This document shows positions 8,216 to 16,996 of a stretch of DNA of 64,000 nt, in pieces (position 1 is the stretch's first letter; every line of letters starts with the position of its first letter). Source of the DNA: Candidatus Thorarchaeota archaeon (GTDB lineage Archaea; Asgardarchaeota; Thorarchaeia; Thorarchaeales; Thorarchaeaceae); NCBI GenBank assembly GCA_046758445.1, contig JBHIAE010000004.1:3518-67517 (forward strand), in the 5' to 3' direction. Below the pieces are notes generated by a model that ran no database searches, was not told the origin of the DNA, and saw nothing but the letters and a program-made list of their open reading frames with translations. Made by a program: the position numbers and the translations under genes.

Positions 8216-9961
8216 ATGGATGAAATGCTCTGGCACAAACACAAGTGGCCAGAAACCGTAAAGAAATCAATAGAGTATCCTGATGAGCCGCTCTATGCAA
8301 TACTGGACAGGGCAGCAGACAATTATGGCGATGCGACGTCTACGATTTTTAGAGGCGTCACTCGGACCTTTGCGCAAGTCAGGGATGATGCGAACAAGAT
8401 TGCCAACTTCTTGACTACCCGCGGGGTTGGTAAGGGCGACCGCGTTGCAATCTTTCTGCCTAACCTACCTCAGTATCCTCCGATCTTCTTTGGAATCCTG
8501 AAGACAGGAGCGACAGTAGTCACCTGCAATCCGCAGTATAAGGCAGGTGAGTTGAACTTCCAGCTGAAAGATGCCGGGGTGAAAGCAGTCTTCTGTATGG
8601 ACCACCCCACGTTCACACCTACAACATATGAGGCAGTCAAAGGGACTGACGTGGATACCGTAGTCGTTTGCGGTACGAAATCTCAAGTTCCTAGGGCGGT
8701 GGGGATAATTGGAGGTCTGCTTGGCAGGATTCCAAAGAGTCCGTACTATGAAGAGGATTCTATCTTCTATGACGACATCATGACCGAGTTTGAGGCCAAG
8801 GCGCCAGAGGTCACAATAGATTCTGACAAGGACCTGGCACTCATCCTGTACACAGGAGGAACCACAGGCACTCCGAAGGGTGCTATGCTCACACACAAGA
8901 ATCTGTATGCAAACGTCAAGCAGATTGACGAGTGGACTCAAATGATACCTGAAGGTGGTGGTGCTCCAGAGAAACTCAAGCCCCTTGGCGAGGTGTATGT
9001 TGGTGCCCTTCCATGGTATCACAGCTATGGTCTCACACTGACAATGGTTGCCTCCTACGATTTGCCAGGGAGTCTAATCTGTATACCTGACCCAAGATCT
9101 GGAAAGCCCCCAATGTCTGATCTACTCTCAGACATTGAGAAGTACAAGGGCACCATACTACATTGTGTCCCTGCTCTCTACGCAGGAATTGTGAACCATC
9201 CAGAGCTCGGCAAGTACGACCTCTGTAGTATCAAGGCATGTGGTTCTGGCGCAGCTCCACTTCCACCGGAACTGGCCAGAGCCTTTGAGGCCAGTACTAG
9301 CGCGACGCTGTTTGAGGGCTACGGACTTACTGAAACCGCACCGCTCGCGACAGCCAACCCATCTTTGGTGGCCACTCGCAAGTTCGGTTCGATTGGTCTT
9401 CCCATATCAGACACGTACTTGACAGTCGTCGACATGGAAACTGGGAAGAAGGAACTGAAACAGGGTGAGACCGGTGAGATTGCCATTTCGGGACCTCAAG
9501 TGATGCCCGGTTACTGGAACAAACCAGATGAAACCAAGGTGGTCATGAGAAAAATCAAGGGTCGACGTTACTTCCTGACAGGCGATATTGGCCACATGGA
9601 CGAAGAGGGCTTCTTCTACATATCGGACCGCAAGAAGGACATGATCAATGTTTCCGGTCTGAAGGCATATCCAAGGGAGATCGAGGACACCCTTTTTGAG
9701 CATCCTAAGGTTGCTATGGCCGCGGTCATAGGACTCCCAAAGGATGATGGAACGACCGATGAGTACGTGAAGGCCTACGTTGTCCTCAAAGCTGGCGAAA
9801 CCGCCACTGAGGAGGAGTTCATCAAGTGGTCAAAGGAGAAGATGGCAGGCTACAAGAGGCCAAAGGAGGTCGTCTTTGTCGACTCGCTGCCCTTGACTTC
9901 AGTAGGCAAGGTTCTGAGAAGAGAATTGCGTGAGGCAGAACTGAAGAAAATGGGTAAGTAG
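8216..9961 (+). CDS. long-chain acyl-CoA synthetase (AMP-forming; FadD-like)
   Basis: Contains the AMP-binding motif YTGGTTGTPKGAMLTH and the C-terminal GYGLTETAP and GDIGHMDEEGFFYISDRKKDMI motifs. Confidence 0.85.
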   Translation: MDEMLWHKHKWPETVKKSIEYPDEPLYAILDRAADNYGDATSTIFRGVTRTFAQVRDDANKIANFLTTRGVGKGDRVAIFLPNLPQYPPIFFGILKTGATVVTCNPQYKAGELNFQLKDAGVKAVFCMDHPTFTPTTYEAVKGTDVDTVVVCGTKSQVPRAVGIIGGLLGRIPKSPYYEEDSIFYDDIMTEFEAKAPEVTIDSDKDLALILYTGGTTGTPKGAMLTHKNLYANVKQIDEWTQMIPEGGGAPEKLKPLGEVYVGALPWYHSYGLTLTMVASYDLPGSLICIPDPRSGKPPMSDLLSDIEKYKGTILHCVPALYAGIVNHPELGKYDLCSIKACGSGAAPLPPELARAFEASTSATLFEGYGLTETAPLATANPSLVATRKFGSIGLPISDTYLTVVDMETGKKELKQGETGEIAISGPQVMPGYWNKPDETKVVMRKIKGRRYFLTGDIGHMDEEGFFYISDRKKDMINVSGLKAYPREIEDTLFEHPKVAMAAVIGLPKDDGTTDEYVKAYVVLKAGETATEEEFIKWSKEKMAGYKRPKEVVFVDSLPLTSVGKVLRRELREAELKKMGK

Positions 9962-10059
9962 CAAAGAAGGGGGATCTTCCCCCGCCCCATCCTTTTTCCC
10001 CAACAGATATGAGTCACCTAGGCCATAATAGGCGACTAGTCTAGCCTAGTATTTGAGGT

Positions 10060-11823
10060 GTGGATGAAACTATGGATGAGATGTATTGGCAGAGTGGACC
10101 AAGATGGCCGGAGCATGCACGTAGGACGTTGGAGTACCCCAAAGAGCCTCTGTTCGCGATGCTGGACAGAACAGCAGAAGAAAGCGGCGAACTCCCGTAT
10201 ACGGTGTTCTCGGGTAAGTCCAATACTTATTCAGAGGTTCGAGAGTCTGCAGACCGGATCGCCAACTTCTTGGTCAGCCGAGGAGTCAAAAAGGGCGATC
10301 GCGTAGCATTGTTCCTTCCCAATGTACCTCATTTTCCTCCAGCGTTCTTTGGGGCTCTCAAGGCTGGAGCTAAGGTAGTCACGTGCAATCCAATGTACAA
10401 GGCAAGTGAATTGAGGTATCAGTTGACGGATACAGATGCCGTTGCAATCTTCGCGCTGGACCATCCTGTGTTTACGCCAACATGCTATGAAGCCACTAAG
10501 GATACCTCCGTCGAAACAGTTGTTGTATGTAGTGTCAAGTCATTCCTCCCAGGGGTCAAGGCGATTCTCGGAGGCTTGCTGGGAAGGATCCCTAAGAGTC
10601 CCTACTACGAGGACGACAAGACCTTCTTCTACGAGGACATAATTGATCAATATGAGCCGAAGGCACCAGATCTCACAATTGACCCGGAAGACACAGCCAT
10701 TCTCATCTACACCGGAGGCACAACAGGAACTCCAAAGGGGGCAGAACTATCACACACCAATCTAGTGTCAAATGTCCTACAGATCACTGAATGGGTGTAC
10801 CTAGAAGCTGAAGATGTTGACAATCCGGGAGGTGTGAGGTATGGAGAAGAGGTCTATGTGGGAGCAGTCCCATGGTACCACAGCTATGGTCTTACAGTGA
10901 CTCTCCTGATGGCAACTTGGCATGCTGGCCAACTTGTGTGCGTTCCGGACCCAAGAGCAGGAAAGCCACCACTGACGGACCTTCTCAGGGAACTACATGA
11001 TAACAGGGGAACCGTCTTGAATTGTGTGCCTGCGCTGTACGCAGCAATTGTCACCCATCCAGATGTTGGTAAGTACGACCTGACTTCAATCACAATCTGC
11101 ACCTCTGGTGCTGCTCCACTCCCACCAGAACTGGCGAAGAACTGGGAGGAAGTGACTGGAACACTACTGTTTGAGGGGTATGGCCTGACAGAAACCTCTC
11201 CCGTGACTCACACAAATCCAATGAACAGACGCAATCGCAAGTTCGGGTCGATTGGGCTCCCGATATCTGACACGGATTGCAGAATAGTCGATACAGAAAC
11301 CGGGACAAAGGAATTGCCCATTGGTGAAACTGGCGAGATTGCCCTCTCCGGACCCCAAGTGATGAAGGGTTACTGGAAGAAACCCGAAGAAACTGCAAAC
11401 GTGATACGAGAGATCTCCGGAAAGCGCTTCTTCCTCACCGGTGACATCGGACATATGGACGAGGATGGATACACCTACATCAGTGACAGAAAAAAACAGA
11501 TGATCATAGTCGGCGGCCTGAAAGCGTATCCGAGAGAGATTGAAGATGTCTTCTTCGAGCACCCAAAGGTGAAGATGGCTGCTGCTGTGGGGATTCCCAG
11601 GAAGGACGACCCCAGCAACGAGTTCGTAAAGGCATATGTCGTATTGAAGGATGGCGAGGAGGCCACATCTGAGGAATTCATCGAGTGGGCCCGCGACAAG
11701 ATGACAGGCTACAAGAGACCTAGAGAGGTTGACATAGTAGACTCGTTACCCCTGAGCCAGGTTGGCAAGGTTCTTCGGAGAGTCCTCAGAGATGAGGAGC
11801 TAAAGAAGAGAGGGATGGCGTGA
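10060..11823 (+). CDS. long-chain acyl-CoA synthetase, tandem paralog of the upstream gene
   Basis: Contains YTGGTTGTPKGAELSH and GDIGHMDEDGYTYISDRKKQMI. It is collinear with the upstream gene along the whole length. The true start may be a few codons downstream (MDEMYWQ). Confidence 0.85.
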   Translation: MDETMDEMYWQSGPRWPEHARRTLEYPKEPLFAMLDRTAEESGELPYTVFSGKSNTYSEVRESADRIANFLVSRGVKKGDRVALFLPNVPHFPPAFFGALKAGAKVVTCNPMYKASELRYQLTDTDAVAIFALDHPVFTPTCYEATKDTSVETVVVCSVKSFLPGVKAILGGLLGRIPKSPYYEDDKTFFYEDIIDQYEPKAPDLTIDPEDTAILIYTGGTTGTPKGAELSHTNLVSNVLQITEWVYLEAEDVDNPGGVRYGEEVYVGAVPWYHSYGLTVTLLMATWHAGQLVCVPDPRAGKPPLTDLLRELHDNRGTVLNCVPALYAAIVTHPDVGKYDLTSITICTSGAAPLPPELAKNWEEVTGTLLFEGYGLTETSPVTHTNPMNRRNRKFGSIGLPISDTDCRIVDTETGTKELPIGETGEIALSGPQVMKGYWKKPEETANVIREISGKRFFLTGDIGHMDEDGYTYISDRKKQMIIVGGLKAYPREIEDVFFEHPKVKMAAAVGIPRKDDPSNEFVKAYVVLKDGEEATSEEFIEWARDKMTGYKRPREVDIVDSLPLSQVGKVLRRVLRDEELKKRGMA

Positions 11824-11825
11824 GT

Positions 11826-12680
11826 CTAGACCCTCTCGAATGTTGCTCTGACTGAGGCCCCACAGTACTTGCATTCTGCCTCTAGAGGACCCACCCAATC
11901 AAGGGAGTCCGGAAACAATGAGGCCGCACAGTTCGGGCACTTCTGTGGCACACGAACTGTTCTGATCTCAGTCCCATCTGTCCGCTGCTGTCCACGATGC
12001 TCATCAGGGATTGCGTAGTCTGGGACGTCCATGGTGAAGTGTCGCATTCTTCGAAGCTGTCGTCCTCTGAACCGTCGTGCCATACGCATAGGGAGTCTGC
12101 CACGTCTTCTCAATGAGCTGAAGACGATGATCAGGACGCAGAATACGAATACAAATGGAATCAGAATGAAGGGCATGATCCAGCCCCAGATATCGAATCC
12201 TGGAAAGAAGCCACCATTCGGAGGTCCATGGGCGTCATCGTAAACTCCAATGTCGTAGGACCCACTTGTGTCGCCATAGACCGAGTTCTCTTGCACTCTG
12301 ATGTAGATCGTTTCACCTGTACTCAGGTCAAAGTCCGCTGAAGGGAAATGACCCCAACCACTGCCGCTCTCTGCAATGATGTCAGTGAATGCACTGTCGC
12401 GTGCAACTGTTACATTGAGCTCCGAGTCTGAGAGAACAGAGGTGCTCGCAACCACCGTCCAGTGTCCCGCTGTGAGAGTCACAGAGTAGTCGTTAGGTGC
12501 ATAGAACGAGTCTTCCCTTCCCCAGATGAACTCGCCCTCTTTGACCTCGTTAGGTATAAGGCTGGTCTGAGCAGCTACCGAGCTGGCAACGAACAGTACG
12601 GTCATGATCAATGCCAAGACGATAAGTGTGAAACGACGGCTGGTCTTCAACCTTCTTTCTCCTGGTGTATCACTCGTCAT
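11826..12680 (-). CDS. membrane protein with an extracytoplasmic domain and a cytoplasmic C-terminal zinc ribbon
   Basis: An N-terminal signal/TM segment (FTLIVLALIMTVLFVASSVAA) precedes a second TM (IMPFILIPFVFVFCVLIIVF), an Arg-rich stretch, then CPNC...CKYCG. Confidence 0.55.
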   Translation of the reverse strand: MTSDTPGERRLKTSRRFTLIVLALIMTVLFVASSVAAQTSLIPNEVKEGEFIWGREDSFYAPNDYSVTLTAGHWTVVASTSVLSDSELNVTVARDSAFTDIIAESGSGWGHFPSADFDLSTGETIYIRVQENSVYGDTSGSYDIGVYDDAHGPPNGGFFPGFDIWGWIMPFILIPFVFVFCVLIIVFSSLRRRGRLPMRMARRFRGRQLRRMRHFTMDVPDYAIPDEHRGQQRTDGTEIRTVRVPQKCPNCAASLFPDSLDWVGPLEAECKYCGASVRATFERV

Positions 12681-12792
12681 TCTATCATTTAGACTTGACG
12701 GGGATGCTCAGAAGGGCTGACTCGTCTTGTGCCTCGAGTTTATTAGGGGCGAGCCGCAGGTGTTGGGGTTACTGTTTGATTGCACCTAAGGT

Positions 12793-13410
12793 GTGGTGAA
12801 AGGATTGAATTGGAAGAGAATCGGAGCATGGTGCGGCATTTTCGCGGGCATTCAGTTTGTGATCATCACCTTTGGAATCATGATATTCTATCCTGAGGGA
12901 TACTCCTTCCTAGAGAACTCATTCAGCTCGTTGGGCCTGTCTGTCACTCGAGGGATTCCTACGCCTCTGAACTGGTTCATGTTTGCGACAGCTACCACAC
13001 TCGCTGGAGCACTCTCAATGCCATTCTGGGTTTCTCTACGTACCCTCTTCACGGAAACGACTCCGTTGAGAGCACTCGGTTGGCTTGGAACAGTACTGGG
13101 ACTCATTGCTGGACCCCTTCTGGCGGGGGTTGGTATCTTTGCGGGTGACGTATTCCCTGCACAGCATGGTTTTTCGACCATCTACTTCTTCCTGTTGTTT
13201 TCTTCAGCGATCATAATATACTCGATTGCGATATTGATCAACAAGGACTACGAGAATGTCTACGCTCTAATCGGGATCATCGTGGCTATCATCTGTTACA
13301 CATACGTCTTGGTTCCAGGTTTCGGAACAGCGGCAATGCAGAAGCTAGCAGTATACGCACTTGTCTTGTACTCCGCGTTCCAGGGATACAAGCTGCTGAA
13401 GGTCTACTAA
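12793..13410 (+). CDS. polytopic membrane protein, unknown function
   Basis: Hydrophobic helices run throughout the 205-aa product. No catalytic motif was recognised. Confidence 0.5.
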   Translation: MVKGLNWKRIGAWCGIFAGIQFVIITFGIMIFYPEGYSFLENSFSSLGLSVTRGIPTPLNWFMFATATTLAGALSMPFWVSLRTLFTETTPLRALGWLGTVLGLIAGPLLAGVGIFAGDVFPAQHGFSTIYFFLLFSSAIIIYSIAILINKDYENVYALIGIIVAIICYTYVLVPGFGTAAMQKLAVYALVLYSAFQGYKLLKVY

Positions 13411-13454
13411 CGGACAGGAAGTAGTGCCGTTCCAGAGGTGGAGTAGTGACTCCA

Positions 13455-13988
13455 CTACTCTCTTCCTACAGGTGACTCCTTGTGCCTGCGTCCGAGTTCG
13501 ACATAAAGTTCTGCGCCCATCATGAAGGCCTCTTTCATCCTGTCCGAAACCTCTTTGACTACCTTGCCGGGCATGCCAAGAACCAAGCTGTTGTCAGGGA
13601 TGATGGTATTCTCTGTGACCACTGATGCTGCTCCTATGACACAGTCGTTTCCAATCTTGGCACCTGTGAGAACAACTGCCCCCATTCCGATGGCAGTCCG
13701 GTCACCTATCTCACAAGCGTGAAGCACGCTGTTGTGGCCAACTGTGACGTAGTCCCCGATTGTAGTCGGGTTGAAGGGAGTGACGTGAACCGTGCAGTTG
13801 TCCTGCACAGACGACCCCCGACCGATGGTGATCTTATTGAAATCCCCCCTAAGAACTGCAGACTCCCAGATGCTACAATCCTCTCCTATATCCACGTTTC
13901 CAATCACTGATGCTCGAGGAGATATGTATGCTTTCGGATTGATTGTCGGCGTCATGCCTTCAAACTCATAGAGGCCCATATTGTGCAC
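13455..13988 (-). CDS. gamma-carbonic-anhydrase-like / hexapeptide-repeat (LbH) protein
   Basis: Contains AVLRGDFNKITIGRGSSVQDNCTVH followed by repeated hexapeptide (I/V-G-x) units. It has the YrdA/PaaY-like length. Confidence 0.75.
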   Translation of the reverse strand: MHNMGLYEFEGMTPTINPKAYISPRASVIGNVDIGEDCSIWESAVLRGDFNKITIGRGSSVQDNCTVHVTPFNPTTIGDYVTVGHNSVLHACEIGDRTAIGMGAVVLTGAKIGNDCVIGAASVVTENTIIPDNSLVLGMPGKVVKEVSDRMKEAFMMGAELYVELGRRHKESPVGRE

Positions 13989-14034
13989 CAGAGGCGTCAG
14001 TACAACTCATGGTCTTTAAGAGTATTGAAAAGGG

Positions 14035-14604
14035 GTGCTTCACCGAGAGTTTCGGATAACATTGCCTGTCACCCCTCTACACTATCCAGTTGGTTTCGCC
14101 CTCTCGAAATCAAGCAAGCGACTCTCTCTGCCCGGTCTTGTTGTCGGTTCGTTCATTCCAGACCTTGAAGTGCCCATCATGTGGTTCCTATTTCCTAGTC
14201 TTCCCGACCACCTAGTGCTTCACAGTCTGTTGGGCGTTGGGACTCTTGGAACCTTGGCGGCTGTCCTAATTACCAGATTCCTATATGCCCCTATCATCTC
14301 CACCATATTCAAGGTCGATAGAAACCAACTTAAAGAGGCCTGCAGACTCACCCCAGCTCTTGTGCTCTCATGTATGATCGGTGCAGTTCTCCATCTGATA
14401 CTTGACATCCCAATGCACCCTTACAATCCTGTACTGTGGCCTTGGGTCAATCCCGGCCAAGTTGTCGGCTTCCTCTTCGTTCTCTATGGATTTGAAGTGG
14501 CAAATCTCATACTGAATGTGATAATGGGGATTGCTGGACTGTTGATCCTGCTCAAATCCCTGAGCGATGACCTCTGGAAGAAGATCTGGATGGGCGACAC
14601 CTGA
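14035..14604 (+). CDS. putative membrane-bound metal-dependent hydrolase (YdjM/DUF457-like)
   Basis: A polytopic protein with conserved His residues in and near the helices (PLHYP, HLVLHSLLG, HLILDIPMHPYNP). The family assignment is tentative. Confidence 0.4.
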   Translation: MLHREFRITLPVTPLHYPVGFALSKSSKRLSLPGLVVGSFIPDLEVPIMWFLFPSLPDHLVLHSLLGVGTLGTLAAVLITRFLYAPIISTIFKVDRNQLKEACRLTPALVLSCMIGAVLHLILDIPMHPYNPVLWPWVNPGQVVGFLFVLYGFEVANLILNVIMGIAGLLILLKSLSDDLWKKIWMGDT

Positions 14605-14625
14605 CGTGTTCAATGGCCTAGACCA

Positions 14626-15579
14626 TTATCCTGATCTCTCAACTGGCACAAACCACTCCTCCAGGGAGATCTGTGACTGGGTGTCCACAATGCTCTCATT
14701 TGCGTAAAGTCGGCGAAGGAATTGATTGTAGCCTTCGACGCTCTCTGTACGGACAGTGGCAAACAGATTGTATTCCTCGCTTGTACGATGTAGATCCCAT
14801 ACCTCCTCCATCTCGCTGATTCTTAGTGCAGTTGGAGAAATGGTGCCGTGTCTTGACTTGATTTGGAGGAAGAACTTGATTGGGAGCCCGATATGCCTGA
14901 ACTGAATGTCTACGGAGTAGCCTGCGATTGCACCTCGGCTCTTGAGCCTTCTCATGGCTTTTGATACTGCTGGCTGACTGAGGGTCGGAGTCATCCGCTT
15001 TCCAACCTCGCTCTGGGCAAGAGGGAATGGATTGTCCTCATTCGGAGCATACCTATAGAGTGTCTTCATCAGCTCCCAGTCCTTGGCCGACACTGGTTCT
15101 GGACGGGCCTTCTCTCTCTTCAGGATGAACCCGTGCGTCTTGTACGTCGTCAGCACCTGCACAAGCTGATACTTCTCGGCTCCTGACTTTGCCACAACCC
15201 CGTCAACGTCATCAAGGAAATCTTCGAACTGGCCCTCCCCACGAAACCGGAAAAGTCCAAGGAGAGAGTGTTCTCCCGAGATTCCGTCCAAGGATTCAAG
15301 CTCCGGTATCTGCAGAAGCCCTCTACTCACCGCAAGCTCTCTAGGATTGGTCTTAATGAGTAGCATTGTACTCTTCTCAGGGAAGACCCGAGCAGGATCA
15401 AATACAGTCACGTACGCTTGAATGACCTCGTTTTGAACTAGCCGTCGAATGGCACGAGCGACCCAGTTGCGGCCTTTCCCTAATTGCTCAGCAAGACTGG
15501 CAAGACTCTCTCTAGAATCACGAAGCAGCCTTTTCAGAAGCTTCTGCTCGCTCTCTGTAATGGATTGCACGGCATGCAC
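14626..15579 (-). CDS. Lrp/AsnC-family transcriptional regulator with duplicated HTH+RAM modules
   Basis: There are two HTH-like segments (LASLAEQLGKGRNWVARAIRRL and LSQPAVSKAMRRLKSRGAI), each followed by a RAM-like beta-alpha-beta region. At 317 aa it is roughly twice the size of a single Lrp. Confidence 0.65.
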   Translation of the reverse strand: MHAVQSITESEQKLLKRLLRDSRESLASLAEQLGKGRNWVARAIRRLVQNEVIQAYVTVFDPARVFPEKSTMLLIKTNPRELAVSRGLLQIPELESLDGISGEHSLLGLFRFRGEGQFEDFLDDVDGVVAKSGAEKYQLVQVLTTYKTHGFILKREKARPEPVSAKDWELMKTLYRYAPNEDNPFPLAQSEVGKRMTPTLSQPAVSKAMRRLKSRGAIAGYSVDIQFRHIGLPIKFFLQIKSRHGTISPTALRISEMEEVWDLHRTSEEYNLFATVRTESVEGYNQFLRRLYANESIVDTQSQISLEEWFVPVERSG

Positions 15580-15614
15580 AGCCCACTAGTGCATCTGATT
15601 CCGAAACATGATGT

Positions 15615-15630
15615 AGGATTCATATAAACA
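15615..15630 (+). promoter_or_regulatory. putative archaeal BRE/TATA element upstream of ahcY
   Basis: An A/T-rich catataaaca lies ~30 nt upstream of the ATG at 15660, which fits the canonical SAHH N-terminus MADYKVKD. This is consistent with a leaderless or short-leader transcript. Confidence 0.25.
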
Positions 15631-15650
15631 GTATTGGTCAGTCGATTCGT

Positions 15651-16733
15651 GTGATGACAATGGCCGATTACAAGGTAAAGGACATTGGGCTTGCCGAAGA
15701 AGGCAGGATGCTAATCGACTATGCGGAGAAACACATGCCTGTGCTTATACATCTCAGGAAGAAGTACTCCAAGACAAAGCCACTCAAGGGTATGAAGATT
15801 GCTGGCTGTCTCCATGTGACAAAGGAAACAGCTGTACTCGTGGAAACTCTTCGAGAGGTCGGAGCTGAAGTGGCCTGGTCTGGCTGCAATCCACTGTCGA
15901 CGAACGACAAAGTGGCTGCAGGACTTGCCGCCAATGATGTTCCGGTGTATGCCTGGCACAATCTGAACACCGAGGAATACTACTGGTGCATTGAACAGAC
16001 CCTCAAGACTGAGCCAACGTTGACGCTTGATGACGGAGCGGATCTGATTTTTACGTTACACAACAAGCACCAAGAGTTGATACCCAATCTCTATGGAGGT
16101 TCTGAAGAAACCACAACTGGGGTGATTCGTGTCCGAGCAATGGCTGAAGATAGTGCCCTGAAGTACCCAATCATGGCCGTCAATGATGCAGACACCAAAC
16201 ACTTGTTCGACAACGTATACGGTACCGGACAGAGCGTTTTCGATGGTGTAATGAGAGCTTCTGCGATTCTGATTGCTGGTAAGACCGTAGTCATCGGTGG
16301 CTACGGGTTCTGTGGTCGCGGAATGGCGGAGCGTGCAAGAGGACTGGGTGCAAATGTGATTGTCACTGAAGTTGATCCAATTCGCGGACTACAGGCTCGA
16401 ATGGATGGTTTCAGGGTTATGCCTATGAATGATGCTGCACGTGAAGGCGACCTGTTTCTGACTGCCACTGGTATGAAGGACATCATCACTGGTACTCATA
16501 TCAAAGAGATGAAGGATGGAGCAATTCTGGGAAATGCTGGACATTACAATGTTGAGATCAATGAGCCAGACCTTGCCAAGCTTAGCACTGGGAAGAGAAG
16601 GGTTCGACCTTCTTTGGATGAGTATACATTGAAGGATGGCAGAATTGTGTACCTTCTCGGAGAAGGTAGGCTTGTCAATCTGGTCGCTGCGGAAGGTCAC
16701 CCCAGTGTCAGAAGAGCATTCGCTGCTCTCTAG
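15651..16733 (+). CDS. ahcY: S-adenosyl-L-homocysteine hydrolase, N-terminal ~360 aa (interrupted gene)
   Basis: Contains YKVKDIGLAEEGR, the NAD-binding GYGFCGRG motif and RLVNLVAAEGHPS. The frame then terminates prematurely (VRRAFAAL*) relative to canonical SAHH. Confidence 0.85.
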   Translation: MMTMADYKVKDIGLAEEGRMLIDYAEKHMPVLIHLRKKYSKTKPLKGMKIAGCLHVTKETAVLVETLREVGAEVAWSGCNPLSTNDKVAAGLAANDVPVYAWHNLNTEEYYWCIEQTLKTEPTLTLDDGADLIFTLHNKHQELIPNLYGGSEETTTGVIRVRAMAEDSALKYPIMAVNDADTKHLFDNVYGTGQSVFDGVMRASAILIAGKTVVIGGYGFCGRGMAERARGLGANVIVTEVDPIRGLQARMDGFRVMPMNDAAREGDLFLTATGMKDIITGTHIKEMKDGAILGNAGHYNVEINEPDLAKLSTGKRRVRPSLDEYTLKDGRIVYLLGEGRLVNLVAAEGHPSVRRAFAAL

Positions 16734-16741
16734 ATGGAAAG

Positions 16742-16948
16742 GTGATGGACCTCAGCTTTGCAGGCCAGCTGAATGCAATGATCTGGTTGACCAAGCATGG
16801 GAAGGACCTCAAACCAGCCGTGTATGAGTTTCCGAAGGAACTTGATCAGCAGACTGCCTTGGCAAAACTAGAAACCATGGGTATAAAGATAGACAAATGG
16901 ACCCCAGAGCAGGAGGCCTACGCAAAGGCTTACGCCGAGGGAACCTAG
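16742..16948 (+). CDS. ahcY: S-adenosyl-L-homocysteine hydrolase C-terminal fragment, in a different frame
   Basis: VMDLSFAGQLNAMIWL...AVYEFPKELDQQTALAKLETMGIKIDKWTPEQEAY aligns with the canonical SAHH C-terminus VMSNSFTNQVLAQIELW...LPKKLDE...LGVKLTKLT.EQAEY. Confidence 0.6.
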   Translation: MMDLSFAGQLNAMIWLTKHGKDLKPAVYEFPKELDQQTALAKLETMGIKIDKWTPEQEAYAKAYAEGT

Positions 16949-16958
16949 TCAAAGAGTA

Positions 16959-16996
16959 GAAGAGGCAGACAACTATGCCTCTTCACCTCTTTTTTT
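16959..16996. terminator. hairpin plus T-tract between convergent genes, possibly a bidirectional terminator
   Basis: A perfect 9-bp stem (gaagaggca / tgcctcttc) with an 8-nt loop is followed by ttttttt. It sits between the end of ahcY (+) and the end of the LAGLIDADG-like ORF (-). Confidence 0.4.
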
